Part shown: positions 38,756 to 48,601 of the stretch, piece after piece | How the letters are laid out: each line of letters opens with the position of its first letter | How positions within the stretch are numbered: the first letter of the stretch is position 1 | Assembly (NCBI GenBank): GCA_903951425.1 | Contig: CAJBBX010000118.1 | Location: 85,273-149,272, forward strand | DNA: 64,000 bases | Reading direction: 5' to 3' | From: an uncultured Chthonomonas sp. | GTDB taxonomy: Bacteria > Armatimonadota > Chthonomonadetes > Chthonomonadales > CAJBBX01 | Program-made: the position numbers and the translations under genes | Notes under the pieces: model-generated | Databases searched by the model: none | What the model was told of the DNA's origin: nothing | What the model saw: the letters and a program-made list of their open reading frames with translations, nothing else

Positions 38756-40246
38756 ATGGTCACCTCGTGGCATCTTCTCAGTACGGCATTCGCGTTGGCG
38801 CTCCTGGTGGCGGCCGGAGCCAGCCAGGCCGTCGGGGTCAGCGTCTGGCCCGCACCGGCAGGCGAGAAGCTCTCCAGCCTCTACAGCGTCCGCGTGAACG
38901 GCAAGGCTGTGCCGGTCCAGTTCTGCCGGGTCTCAGCAGTTCCGATCAACCAGGTCTGGCCCGGCTACCAGCGGCCCATCGACCAGAGCGAGGAGGCTGC
39001 CTTCGCCACCTGGGGCATGGACGGCCCCGTCACTGTGGAGGTGACCTCCGCCCGTCCGTTCTCGGCCGCCGTCGTGCGGCCGCTCTCGCGGAGGGTCCGG
39101 GTCACCCGCAAGGGCGCCAAGCTCACCTTCACCATGGCCAAGCCCGGGCAGGTCACCGTGGAGCTGGACGGCCGCCACCACGCGCTGCACCTCTTCGCCA
39201 ACCCGCCCGAGGCCGCCGCGCCCAAGCCCAACACGCCCAACGTGCGCTACTTCGGGCCGGGCGTCCACCGGCCGGGGCGCATCGACATGAAGAGCGGCGA
39301 GACGCTCTATGTGGCGGGCGGCGCGGTGGTCCACGGCTCCGTGCAGGTGAACGGCGTCACCGGCGTGCGGATCCTGGGCCGGGGCGTCATCGACCTGAGT
39401 GAGTATGAGCGCGACAAGGGCGGCGGCTGCATCCGCCTGTCGAACAGCTCCGACGTGAAGATCGAGGGCGTCATCCTGCGCGACCCGGACGTCTGGTGCC
39501 TCTCCGCGTTCGGCTGCAGCCGCATGGAGATCGCCAACGTCAAGCTCGTGGGCCTCTGGCGCTACAACGCCGACGGCATCGACCTCTGCAACAGCCAGGA
39601 CGTGGTGGTGCGCGACAGCTTCGTGCGGGCCTACGATGACGCGATCGTGCTCAAGGGCCTTAACTGGGGACCGACCGGCTTCAGCGACCGCCCTGTGCGC
39701 GGCATCCGCGTCAGCAACTGCGTCATCTGGTGCGATTGGGGCCGCGGGCTGGAGATTGGCGCGGAGACCTCGGCGCCGGAGTTCACCGACATCGTCTTCT
39801 CCGACTGCGACATCATCCGCACCACGCATATCGCCATGGACATCCAGTGCGGCGACCGGGCCAGGGTACACAACGTCCGCTACGAGGGCATCCGGCTGGA
39901 GACCGACGACATCTGTCCCTCGCCGAAGATGCAGGCCACGCGCGACGAGAAGTACGTCGAGAACCCGAACGACGCCTACGTACCGTTCCTGCTGGTGATC
40001 GTCATCGCCCAGAACCCCTACTCGCAGGACAAGGAGCGTGGCGTGGTGACGGGCATCACGTACAAGAACCTCTCGGTGGTCGGCAAGCGTATCCCCAAGT
40101 CCTGGTTCCAGGGCCTCAACCCGCAGCACGGCGTCAGCGGCATCGCCCTCTCCGGCGTGACCTTGAACGGCAAGCCCGCGACCACCGCCGAGGCCATGGG
40201 CCTGTCGCTGGGCGCCCACGTAAGCGAGGTGACCGTGGCGCCGTAG
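38756..40246 (+). CDS. Secreted parallel beta-helix glycosidase (GH28-like)
   Basis: LHLFANP, YFGPGVH, NADGID, YDDAIVLK, WGRGLEIG. Confidence 0.75.
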   Translation: MVTSWHLLSTAFALALLVAAGASQAVGVSVWPAPAGEKLSSLYSVRVNGKAVPVQFCRVSAVPINQVWPGYQRPIDQSEEAAFATWGMDGPVTVEVTSARPFSAAVVRPLSRRVRVTRKGAKLTFTMAKPGQVTVELDGRHHALHLFANPPEAAAPKPNTPNVRYFGPGVHRPGRIDMKSGETLYVAGGAVVHGSVQVNGVTGVRILGRGVIDLSEYERDKGGGCIRLSNSSDVKIEGVILRDPDVWCLSAFGCSRMEIANVKLVGLWRYNADGIDLCNSQDVVVRDSFVRAYDDAIVLKGLNWGPTGFSDRPVRGIRVSNCVIWCDWGRGLEIGAETSAPEFTDIVFSDCDIIRTTHIAMDIQCGDRARVHNVRYEGIRLETDDICPSPKMQATRDEKYVENPNDAYVPFLLVIVIAQNPYSQDKERGVVTGITYKNLSVVGKRIPKSWFQGLNPQHGVSGIALSGVTLNGKPATTAEAMGLSLGAHVSEVTVAP

Positions 40247-40257
40247 CTCGCGCCGGT

Positions 40258-41931
40258 CTACCAGGCCGGCGGCTTCACCCAGTCGAGGCCGTTCTCGGCG
40301 TGGTAGATGGCCACCAACTCGCGCAGGGCCTGCCGGCCCGCCTCGGTGCGTTGGCCGGGATGGGCGTAGTGGTCGCGGTCGAGCAGGGCGCGATTGTACA
40401 GGATGCGCCACCGCCAGGCCTTGACCGCCCGTGCCGGCATGGTGGTGGCGGCGCGGTCCAGGTGCGCCAGGGCCTCCGCCGAGCCTGCGTCCTGCGGCGG
40501 GCGTGTATGGTTGCGCTCCAAGATCGCCACGGCGGCGAGGACGTCGTCGGCCGCCTCCGGACCGAACTCGTAGGCGGCGTACTCGCGTAGGATGGCGGCA
40601 GCCGGGCGGTTCTGCTGCCAGTAGAAACCGGCGTAGAGCGCCTTGTTCATGTCCTCGTAGAGCCCCTCGGAATAGGGGAAGCCGCCCGCCAGCTTCGCCC
40701 TGGCGCTGTCGTAGAGCCCCTGGAACCGCCCCGGCAGCGGGTTCGCGCCGTATCCGCCCCAGGGAGACATGCCCCACATGCTGATCTCCGGAAAGCTCAC
40801 CAGCGGCAGGCCTCCGGGCACGCCCTTCTCCAGCGGATAGCGCGGGAACACGGTGTGCGAGTCGGCCATGATCATGTCGAGCCAGCCGTGGTCGTTGCGC
40901 AGGGCCTCGGTGAGGCCGGCCCACTCGCCCTCGTCCTTGTGGGCATCGAAGAGCCACGTGGAGAGAATCACCTTGATGCCGGGGTACATCGACCGGGCCA
41001 GTGCGGCGATGGGCCTGGCCATCCGCAGGAAGCCGTTGGAGCCGTACGGCGCGCACTCCTTGCAGCCGCAGCCGCCCTGGTCGTAGGGCCAGATGGAGAT
41101 GCAGTCCAGGCCGATGTCGCGATAGGTCTCGAACGACCGGCGCATGGCCTCCAGCACCACCTCGCGGGCGCCGGGCTTGCTCGGGCAGAGCTCCACGCCG
41201 TACATGCCGCGCACCTCGATCTGAGTGGGCGGCGTCAGGCGGAGGGCGGCGGGGCTGTCAGCATAGCCCTCGTTGGCGAGTAGCGTGAGCCCTGCGCCCA
41301 TGCCGATGCGCTTGGCGGCGGCCAGGATGGCGTGCAGGCGGGCGCGCATGGCCGCTGCGGCCGGGTCGTCATGCCCGTTGAAGTGGTGCATGTCGTACCA
41401 GACCACGAGGGTGTTCGTGCCCCATAGGCCAAGCTCCTCAACGTAGCGCTCGACCTCGGCGATGGGAGCGTCGTGGTAGAAGTTGTGGAAGTGCGTGGCG
41501 AAGTAGATGGCCCGGAAGGGCTTGTCCGGCGCCGATACGCCCCGCCACGGGCCGGCCTGCAGCCCGTCGTCGGACCAGCGGGCATCGCGCAGCCACTTGC
41601 CCGCGCCGAAGAGCAACCCGCGGTCGTCCGGCGCCGCAATGCGTACCGAGCCGCCCTTGCCGTCGGCGATGCGGAAGCTCTCCGGCCGGAGCCGCCGGTC
41701 GCGGGCGAGTTCCAGGGTCAGATCGGCGCGGCCGCCGGTGACCACGCGGGCGCCGCACCGCTCCTCGATCTTGCGCTGAAGCAGGCCTCCGATGCGTTGA
41801 CCCACGGCTCCCGGCGCCGTCACCTGGATCCGTACCGTTCGGGCCATCGCCGTCCTCCCCTGTCCCGTGGCGCACGGAGCCGCTGCAACGCACACGCTTG
41901 CACACACCGCTACCCTGACCCACGCACTCAT
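40258..41931 (-). CDS. Secreted hypothetical glycoside-hydrolase-like protein (GH20/GH67 N-terminal-like domain plus TIM barrel)
   Basis: PESFRI...RGLLFGAG...R motif, YFATHFHN, WPYDQGGCGC, YSEG. Confidence 0.55.
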   Translation of the reverse strand: MSAWVRVAVCASVCVAAAPCATGQGRTAMARTVRIQVTAPGAVGQRIGGLLQRKIEERCGARVVTGGRADLTLELARDRRLRPESFRIADGKGGSVRIAAPDDRGLLFGAGKWLRDARWSDDGLQAGPWRGVSAPDKPFRAIYFATHFHNFYHDAPIAEVERYVEELGLWGTNTLVVWYDMHHFNGHDDPAAAAMRARLHAILAAAKRIGMGAGLTLLANEGYADSPAALRLTPPTQIEVRGMYGVELCPSKPGAREVVLEAMRRSFETYRDIGLDCISIWPYDQGGCGCKECAPYGSNGFLRMARPIAALARSMYPGIKVILSTWLFDAHKDEGEWAGLTEALRNDHGWLDMIMADSHTVFPRYPLEKGVPGGLPLVSFPEISMWGMSPWGGYGANPLPGRFQGLYDSARAKLAGGFPYSEGLYEDMNKALYAGFYWQQNRPAAAILREYAAYEFGPEAADDVLAAVAILERNHTRPPQDAGSAEALAHLDRAATTMPARAVKAWRWRILYNRALLDRDHYAHPGQRTEAGRQALRELVAIYHAENGLDWVKPPAW

Positions 41932-42030
41932 TGCCGATTGGTCCTCCGCAGGCACGGGAGTGTTATACGCTCCGCCACCAAGGTACGCCGGGGCGGGGGC
42001 GCTTCCCTGCACCGTCGGGGTTCACACGCG

Positions 42031-42066
42031 CAAACGCCCCGCCTGCCGAAGCAAACGGGGCGTTTG
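42031..42066 (-). terminator. Hairpin downstream of DUF1559 gene 1
   Basis: CAAACGCCCCG / CGGGGCGTTTG, 11-bp inverted repeat. Confidence 0.6.
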
Positions 42067-42105
42067 GGATGCGGCACACGCCGGCCGACGCCGGCGCACC
42101 GGAGC

Positions 42106-42963
42106 TTAGTAGAGGCCCCAGAGGTTGAACTTGGCGGTCCACGCCGGCGGCGCGGTGATGTAGAAGGTGTTCACGCCGCTACCGGAGCCGGGGTTGGTGC
42201 GCAGCGTCACGATGCACGCGTTGTACTGGGCGGCCGTGGGGCACTGCGACAGGAAGTTGTTTACGTGCATCCACTTGGCGTGGCCGTCCGCGAACGAGAG
42301 GTTCAGGCCCTCGTTGTGCGGCGCGTTGCGGCGATCGGTGGTGCCGCTGGGCTTCAGGTAGGGCTCCCAGGACTCGCGAAGGGCGGCCGGGTAGAGGACG
42401 TTGCTGCCGTTGTTAATCAGATAGTTGTAGGTGACCTGATTGTAGAGCTCCTGGATCAGGAACGTCTCGGCCACGGTCTGCACACCGGAGAGCGAGCCGC
42501 CCAGGAACGAGGGGCGATCCTGCAGGCCGTTGCTGGCGCCGGTGATGGAGAGGTTCAGGGCGTAGGCGTTCTTGAGTTCGCCGTTCACGGCCCAGGCCTC
42601 GGCGTCCTTCTGGCGGCTGGGGCACTGCATGATCTGGACGTTCTTCACGTACGGCAGCAGCCAGGACTCCCACTTGTAGTGGTTCACGCGGGTGGCGAAG
42701 GTGCCGCTGGCCGACGGGTTCAGCGGGCTACCCGATCCGGCGGGGAGGCTGTAGTCGGCGTGCGGGTACATCTCATCGTAGTCCTGCACGTACATGTAGA
42801 TCGCGGTGCCGAGTTGCTTGATGTTGGAGAGGCAGGAGACCTGGCGGGCCTTCTCTCGAGCCTGGGCGAAAACTGGGAACAATATCGCGGCGAGTATCGC
42901 GATAATGGCGATCACTACCAGCAGTTCGATGAGTGTGAACGCCTGCCTGCGGCGCTGGTCCAT
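42106..42963 (-). CDS. DUF1559 prepilin-type protein with H-X9-DG motif
   Basis: A|[60 protein letters not shown]. Confidence 0.92.
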   Translation of the reverse strand: MDQRRRQAFTLIELLVVIAIIAILAAILFPVFAQAREKARQVSCLSNIKQLGTAIYMYVQDYDEMYPHADYSLPAGSGSPLNPSASGTFATRVNHYKWESWLLPYVKNVQIMQCPSRQKDAEAWAVNGELKNAYALNLSITGASNGLQDRPSFLGGSLSGVQTVAETFLIQELYNQVTYNYLINNGSNVLYPAALRESWEPYLKPSGTTDRRNAPHNEGLNLSFADGHAKWMHVNNFLSQCPTAAQYNACIVTLRTNPGSGSGVNTFYITAPPAWTAKFNLWGLY

Positions 42964-43092
42964 GCTATCTTTTCCCTTCCCGAATAGGAGTTGAGGTGCG
43001 TAGCCGACGGCGCCGCTGCCGCCCGGGCCCGTACCCCTGCAGCAAATATACCACGGCGCTGTCAAGCCGCCATGAGGCGGCCCCGGACAGGA

Positions 43093-43125
43093 TCGCGCCC
43101 CGCCGAGATGCCTGGCGGGGCGCGA
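43093..43125 (-). terminator. Hairpin between the two DUF1559 genes
   Basis: TCGCGCCCCGCC / GGCGGGGCGCGA, 12-bp inverted repeat. Confidence 0.6.
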
Positions 43126-43152
43126 GGGGTCAGGCGATGCAGAGCGGACGGG

Positions 43153-43950
43153 CTACTCGGCCTGGATGGTCCAGTCGGCGGCGGCGGTGGTGCCCCAGCG
43201 GCGCCACTTGGCGTGGCCGTCGCCGAACACGGCCTCGAAACCGCCGGAGTGGCGGCGCGCCACCTTGGAGGCGGTCGCGTTCGAGAAGTGGTCGGTGCGA
43301 ATCTCCTGCTGGATGCCGCGGATGGAGTTGCCGAGGTCGGCGGTGCGGGTCCAGGCATCCATGATGTGGATGGTGCCGGCCGCGTCCTCAACGTCCGCCA
43401 GCGCCACGGAGAGCGTGGTGCCGGTGGTAACGAAGCCGCTCTTGTTGCCGTTGTAGAATCCGGCCGTTGCCCACGAGGAGGCGGTGTTCGGGATCAGGTT
43501 GCGGCCGTACGAGAGACGGTTCACCAACTGGCGTCCCAGGGTGCTGCCGTCGCCGGCGTTGCCGTAGGGATTCGGGTTCGCGTAGCTGCTGGTGATGCCG
43601 ACGTAGGCGGAGGTCACGCCGTTGCCGAGGTCCTGCTGCACGGGGCTGGGCTCGCCCGAGGGGCAGACGAAAACACCCTCGTTCTTAACGTAGCTGAAGA
43701 GCATGGTCGGCCAACTGGTCGTTGGGGCCGAGGAGGGCAGCTGGCTCGGCGGGTAGATCTCGTCGTAGTCCTGTGCGTACATCAGGAGCGCCGTGCCGAT
43801 CTGCCTCATGTTGGACATGCAGGCAGCCTGCCGGGCTTTTTCCCGCGCCTGTGCGAATACGGGGAACAGGATCGCCGCCAGGATGGCGATGATGGCGATG
43901 ACGACTAGCAGTTCGATCAGCGTGAAACCGTGCGTGCGGCTTCGGTGCAT
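43153..43950 (-). CDS. DUF1559 prepilin-type protein with H-X9-DG motif
   Basis: G|[60 protein letters not shown]. Confidence 0.92.
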   Translation of the reverse strand: MHRSRTHGFTLIELLVVIAIIAILAAILFPVFAQAREKARQAACMSNMRQIGTALLMYAQDYDEIYPPSQLPSSAPTTSWPTMLFSYVKNEGVFVCPSGEPSPVQQDLGNGVTSAYVGITSSYANPNPYGNAGDGSTLGRQLVNRLSYGRNLIPNTASSWATAGFYNGNKSGFVTTGTTLSVALADVEDAAGTIHIMDAWTRTADLGNSIRGIQQEIRTDHFSNATASKVARRHSGGFEAVFGDGHAKWRRWGTTAAADWTIQAE

Positions 43951-44141
43951 TGTGGGCAATCTCCCTTGTTGCGGATCGCCTCGGGCCTCATGGTTCACCG
44001 CATTCCTGTGGCCGACCCGAATCCGTCCGTCAACGCACCAATATACCTGCGGCTTGCACTCGTTGCCGTAGGACTCCGGCGTACGGTTTGGGCGTAGAAT
44101 GGAGGACGCAAACGCCCATCGCCACCGAAAGGTCATCGCCC

Positions 44142-45191
44142 ATGCCCGCCACACGGCAGCCCGACTTCAGCCAGTTCCTCAAGGTGCTCACCCGCACAGG
44201 GAAGCCCGACCACCTGCCCTGCTACGAGCATATCACCAGCCCCGGGTTCGTGGATCGGCGCACGGGCAAGCCCTTCAGCCGCATGCCCTACGGCTCGGAG
44301 GAGTACTGGCAGACCTACGTGGACTTCTGGATCGGCATGGGCTACGACTGCATCCCCATGGAGATCACCCCGCGGCTGGTCCTGCCGCCGCGTGAGGCCC
44401 ACGAGGGCGCCGTGAGCGTGGAGAGCGAGGCCACCGCCTGCATCCGCAGCATGGCCGAGTTCGAGGCCTACCCCTGGCCCGATCCCGCCGACCCCATGGA
44501 GTTCAGCCACTTCGAGACCGTGGGCCGCCTGATGCCCGAGGGCGCAAGGATCGTCGGCGGCGTCTGCGCGGGGCCCTACGAGTGGTCCACCTACCTCATG
44601 GGCGTCGTGGGGCTATCCATGGCCATCTTCGACCAGCCCGAGCTGGTGGAGGCGCTCTACAGCCGGCTGAAGGCCATGTACGTCAGCGCCGTGCGGCAAC
44701 TGGCCACGATGGACTGCATCGGTGCGTTGCGCCAGGGCGATGACCTGGGCTTCAAGACCGCCACATTCCTCAAGCCCGCGACCCTGCGCCGGCACATCTT
44801 CCCGATCTACAAGGGCATGGCCGCCGAGGCACACGCTGCGGGCAAGCCCTTCATTCTCCACTCCTGCGGCAACCTGGCCAACGTCTACGAGGACCTCATT
44901 GACGACTGCAAGATCGATGCCAAGCACTCGTTCGAGGAGACCATCCTGCCCGTGGAGGACTTCAAGGCTCGATACGGCGCCCGTTGCACGCCGCTGGGCG
45001 GTCTGGATGTCGATATGATCTGCCGGGCCGACGAGGCCACCCTCCGCGCCTACACCCGCGATAAGGTGGAGAAGTGCTTCGCCGACGGATACTGGGCGCT
45101 GGGTACCGGCAACAGCCTGACCGACTACATGCCCGTTGAGAACTACATGATCGTGCTGGATGAGGCCGCTAGCGTGGCCGCAACGCTGTAG
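44142..45191 (+). CDS. Uroporphyrinogen decarboxylase (UROD/MtaA-CmuA) superfamily protein
   Basis: YPWPDP, GDDLG, ILHSCGN, GGLD, GTGNS motifs. Confidence 0.8.
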   Translation: MPATRQPDFSQFLKVLTRTGKPDHLPCYEHITSPGFVDRRTGKPFSRMPYGSEEYWQTYVDFWIGMGYDCIPMEITPRLVLPPREAHEGAVSVESEATACIRSMAEFEAYPWPDPADPMEFSHFETVGRLMPEGARIVGGVCAGPYEWSTYLMGVVGLSMAIFDQPELVEALYSRLKAMYVSAVRQLATMDCIGALRQGDDLGFKTATFLKPATLRRHIFPIYKGMAAEAHAAGKPFILHSCGNLANVYEDLIDDCKIDAKHSFEETILPVEDFKARYGARCTPLGGLDVDMICRADEATLRAYTRDKVEKCFADGYWALGTGNSLTDYMPVENYMIVLDEAASVAATL

Positions 45192-45214
45192 GCCTGCCGG
45201 AAAGGAGCCGAACC

Positions 45215-45616
45215 ATGCTGACGCCCGAACGCGCCAAGCTCGAGAAGCAGATGATCAGGATCGCCAAGGCCGGCGACGCCATGGCCGTCCGCGAGATGGT
45301 CGAGGCCGATCCGTCGCTGCTGGAGGCCCGCGACAAGGACGGCTGCACTCCGCTCCAGTGCGCCGCCTGGCGTGGCGACACCCAGATGGCCGCGCTACTG
45401 CTCGACCTCGGCGCCGACGTGGCCGCGCGGAACCAGAACGACCACTACGGCGACACCGCGCTCCATGCCGCCGCCCACGGCAACCACAAGGAAGTGGTGG
45501 CCCTCCTCCTGGAGCGAGGCGCCGACCGCGAGGCCGTGAGCGCTGCGGGCCGCACGCCGCTGCAGGAGACCGAACAGCACAGAGCGACCGCCGCCGCCAG
45601 GCTCCTCAAGGCCTGA
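45215..45616 (+). CDS. Ankyrin repeat protein
   Basis: GCTPLQCAA, GDTALHAAA, GRTPL, and LLxxGAD repeats. AAGGAG RBS. Confidence 0.9.
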   Translation: MLTPERAKLEKQMIRIAKAGDAMAVREMVEADPSLLEARDKDGCTPLQCAAWRGDTQMAALLLDLGADVAARNQNDHYGDTALHAAAHGNHKEVVALLLERGADREAVSAAGRTPLQETEQHRATAAARLLKA

Positions 45617-45642
45617 ACCCGCACCCCGGAGGGAATACACCC

Positions 45643-47715
45643 ATGAACCTATCCGCCATCCTGATTTGCGCGGCCATCGCGGCCGCCGGCGCAGCCCTGG
45701 CAGCGCCCGACGAGAAGGCCGTCATCTCGCTGGAGGCGGGCATCCCCGAGACGCTGGTGCGCAACAACGTCACCGTGGAGCTGATCAAGGGCGGCGCGCG
45801 GCAGGGATTGCAGGTGCAGTACGGCGTCACGGACTGGCCTAACGCCTTCTTCCGCCCGGTGATCGGGGTGTGGGACTGGTCGGGCTGGACCGGCATCGCG
45901 GTGGACGTCTTCAACCCTGAGCCCGAGGCGCAGACCGTCAATATGCGCGTGGACAACGCGGGCGCCGACGGCGTCACGGCATGCAACCAGCTCGGCGGCG
46001 CTGTGAAGGCCGGCGAATGGACCACCTTCCGTCTGCGCTTCAACAAGGGCGGCGACAAGGGGCTCTGGGGCATGCGCGGCCTCCCCGTCACCGGTCCCAC
46101 AGGCGGCGGCGCGGTGCTGGACCTCTCAAAGATCACCGCGTTCCAGGTGTTCCTCGCCAAGCCCACGCGCGAGCATACGCTGATCCTCCGCAACTTCAGG
46201 CTCTACGGCAAGGGCGACGCCTCGGCCCAGGTGAAGTACCCCTTCGTGGACCGGTTCGGCCAGTACCGCAACGCCGAATGGCCCGGCAAGCTCCACTCCG
46301 AGACAGAGCTACGGCAGAGGCTCGCCAGGGAGGGCTCCGAGCTGAAGGCCGCGCCTCGGCCTGCCGACCGCGACGGCTACGGCGGCTGGGCGTCCGGCCC
46401 CAGGCGCCAGGCCACGGGCTGGTTCCGCACCGAGAAGGTCGACGGCCGGTGGTGGCTGGTGACGCCGGAGGGGCGTCTCTTCTTCTCCAACGGCGTGGAC
46501 TGCGTGGGCCCCGGCGAATACACCTTCATCGACGGCCGCGACCGCTGGTTCGAGTGGCTGCCCGAGGATGCCGGCCCGTACGGGCAGTTCATCGCCCGGC
46601 AGGAGGGCGTCCACAGCATGGCGGAGGCCATCGGCGGCAAAGGGCGCACCTTCAGTTTCTACTGCGCCAACCTGGTGCGGAAGCATGGGTCCGACTGGCG
46701 CAAGGAGTGGGAGAAGACCAGCGCGGCGCGGCTGAGGGCCTGGGGCTTCAACACGGTCGCCAACTGGTCCGACTGGGACTTCATGTCGCGGGCTCGCATA
46801 CCCTTCACCGCCAGCGGCGGCGTCAGCGGCACGTCGCGGCGCATCGAGGGGGGCGGCGGATACTGGGCCAAGATGGTCGATGTCTTTGACCCGGGCTTCC
46901 CGGCGGCGGCCGAAGAGGGCCTGTCCGGCGTTGCCAAGCGTTTCGCTGCCGACCGCTACTGCATCGGCTACTTCGGCGACAACGAGATCTCCTGGGACGC
47001 AGTGGAGCGTGGGGCCCTGGCCAGCCCGCCCGACCAGCCCTGCCGCGTGGCGCAGGTCGACGCGCTCAAGGCGAAGTACGGCTCACTGGAGAAGCTGAAC
47101 GCCGCCTGGGGCGCGTCGGCGGCATCGTGGGAGGCGCTACGCGTGCCCGAAAGCCCCAACGCGGCGTGCCGCAAGGACCTGGACGACTTCATCCACGCAT
47201 TCGCGGTGCGCTACTTCGAGGTCTGCAAGGCCGTCGTCCGCAAGCACGCGCCCAACCAGCTCTACCTGGGATGCCGCTTCGCCTGGGCGCCCCGCCCCGC
47301 CGTTCGGGCCTGCGCCGAGGTGGCCGACGTGGTCAGCTTCAACATCTACCAGGGAGCCGTTAACGGGGCCGACTACACCGGCGCTAACGACCTCGGCAAG
47401 CCGATCGTCATCGGCGAGTTCCACTTCGGCGCGCTGGACCGGGGCATGTTCCACGAGGGGCTGGGGCCGCGCACCAGCCAGCGAGAGCGCGCCGACGCCT
47501 ACCTGACCTACGTGCGGAGCGTTGCGGACTGCCCGAGCTTCGTGGGCTGCCACTGGTTCCAGTACATCGACGAGCCGCTCACGGGCCGCTGGTTCGATGG
47601 CGAGAACTACAACATCGGCCTGGTGGACGTCACCGATACCCCCTACCCCGAGCTGATCACCGCCGCCCGCAAGGCCCACGCCGAGGTCTACGCGCGGCAC
47701 AGCAAGGCGAGGTAG
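45643..47715 (+). CDS. GH50 beta-agarase-like secreted hydrolase
   Basis: VDRFGQY...WPGK, ATGWFRTEK...WWLVTPEG, WGFNTVANWS, DNE, IGEFHFGA, HWFQYIDEPLTGR, ENYNIG. Confidence 0.85.
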   Translation: MNLSAILICAAIAAAGAALAAPDEKAVISLEAGIPETLVRNNVTVELIKGGARQGLQVQYGVTDWPNAFFRPVIGVWDWSGWTGIAVDVFNPEPEAQTVNMRVDNAGADGVTACNQLGGAVKAGEWTTFRLRFNKGGDKGLWGMRGLPVTGPTGGGAVLDLSKITAFQVFLAKPTREHTLILRNFRLYGKGDASAQVKYPFVDRFGQYRNAEWPGKLHSETELRQRLAREGSELKAAPRPADRDGYGGWASGPRRQATGWFRTEKVDGRWWLVTPEGRLFFSNGVDCVGPGEYTFIDGRDRWFEWLPEDAGPYGQFIARQEGVHSMAEAIGGKGRTFSFYCANLVRKHGSDWRKEWEKTSAARLRAWGFNTVANWSDWDFMSRARIPFTASGGVSGTSRRIEGGGGYWAKMVDVFDPGFPAAAEEGLSGVAKRFAADRYCIGYFGDNEISWDAVERGALASPPDQPCRVAQVDALKAKYGSLEKLNAAWGASAASWEALRVPESPNAACRKDLDDFIHAFAVRYFEVCKAVVRKHAPNQLYLGCRFAWAPRPAVRACAEVADVVSFNIYQGAVNGADYTGANDLGKPIVIGEFHFGALDRGMFHEGLGPRTSQRERADAYLTYVRSVADCPSFVGCHWFQYIDEPLTGRWFDGENYNIGLVDVTDTPYPELITAARKAHAEVYARHSKAR

Positions 47716-47738
47716 GGGGCGGACGGAGGGAGAACGTC

Positions 47739-48074
47739 ATGGCTGACACCTTCTTCTGGCTCGCGCTGTACTTGATCGAGACCGTGCCGATCTACATGGT
47801 TGCGCGGAAGTCCGGGCAGCAGAACGCCTGGCTGGCGTTTGTTCCCATCGGCAACCTGTGGCTGCTCTGCGACATGGCCGAGATGGAGGCCTGGTTCCTC
47901 ATCATCTTGCTGGTGCCATACGTCAACATCGTATTCCTGGGGTTCGTCTGGTGGCGCATCGCGGAGAACACCAACAAACCCGGCTGGGTGGGCCCGCTCA
48001 TGCTGATCCCGCTGGTGAACCTGGCGGTGGGCTGGTACATCGCCACGGCTGAGGGAGGCCGGTTCGTGGCGTAG
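47739..48074 (+). CDS. Small membrane protein (DUF5684-like)
   Basis: WLAFVPIGN, VPYVN and IPLVN hydrophobic repeats. Confidence 0.7.
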   Translation: MADTFFWLALYLIETVPIYMVARKSGQQNAWLAFVPIGNLWLLCDMAEMEAWFLIILLVPYVNIVFLGFVWWRIAENTNKPGWVGPLMLIPLVNLAVGWYIATAEGGRFVA

Positions 48075-48157
48075 GTCGGGGCGGGAGGAGGGCTGTGCGG
48101 CACGGCTCGCGGCGGGGTGGCTGCGATGGGCGATACTACGTCCGGAGGGGACGCGAT

Positions 48158-48391
48158 ATGCCTGTCGTACTGGATACCCGCGATATTCCAGCGCGGATCA
48201 ACGAGATCATCGGCCTCGTCCGCGATGGCGTCGAGGTCATCCTGACCGTGGACGGAGCGGCCTCGGCTCGAATAGTCGCGAGCGGCACGAGCGACCAACC
48301 ACGCCGCCCAGGCCTGCACCGAGGCGCGACGGCCATGCAGGATGGCTTCGACGAGCCGTTGCCGGATGCCTTCCGGCTGGGTAGCGCGTAG
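48158..48391 (+). CDS. Phd/YefM-like antitoxin with DUF2281-like tail, no toxin partner seen
   Basis: GVEVILTVDG...ARIV, RRPGLHRG, DGFDEPLPD. GGAGG RBS. Confidence 0.7.
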   Translation: MPVVLDTRDIPARINEIIGLVRDGVEVILTVDGAASARIVASGTSDQPRRPGLHRGATAMQDGFDEPLPDAFRLGSA

Positions 48392-48421
48392 TCGGAGACG
48401 ATGGCCCGGCTGAGCATCGCC

Positions 48422-48601
48422 TCAGTACCGCCGCCCCTCCTCAACCGGTTCGCGGACAGTCAATCCGTCGAGATTGAGTCCGCTTCGGAAACCTTGCATC
48501 GCAGCCACTGCCTTAGCGGTGGCGGTCGCCGAACCCGACGAACCTGGCTGGTGCGTGATGGGCGCCTGCGCCGCCGAAACGATATGACCGTCATCGCTCA
48601 T
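48422..48601 (-). CDS. 59-aa ORF with an antitoxin-like C-terminus (not in the ORF track)
   Basis: ATG overlaps the NTP-transferase TGA. Ends AVAAMQGFRSGLNLDGLTVREPVEEGRRY*. Confidence 0.45.
   Translation of the reverse strand: MSDDGHIVSAAQAPITHQPGSSGSATATAKAVAAMQGFRSGLNLDGLTVREPVEEGRRY

Noticed and set aside
44142-45191. hemE assignment
   Set aside because: Lacks the HemE N-terminal WxMRQAGR motif and has no heme-pathway neighbours.
45160-45642. N-terminal extension of GH50 (851-aa ORF)
   Set aside because: It overlaps the ankyrin gene. The ATG at 45643 has an RBS and gives a signal peptide.
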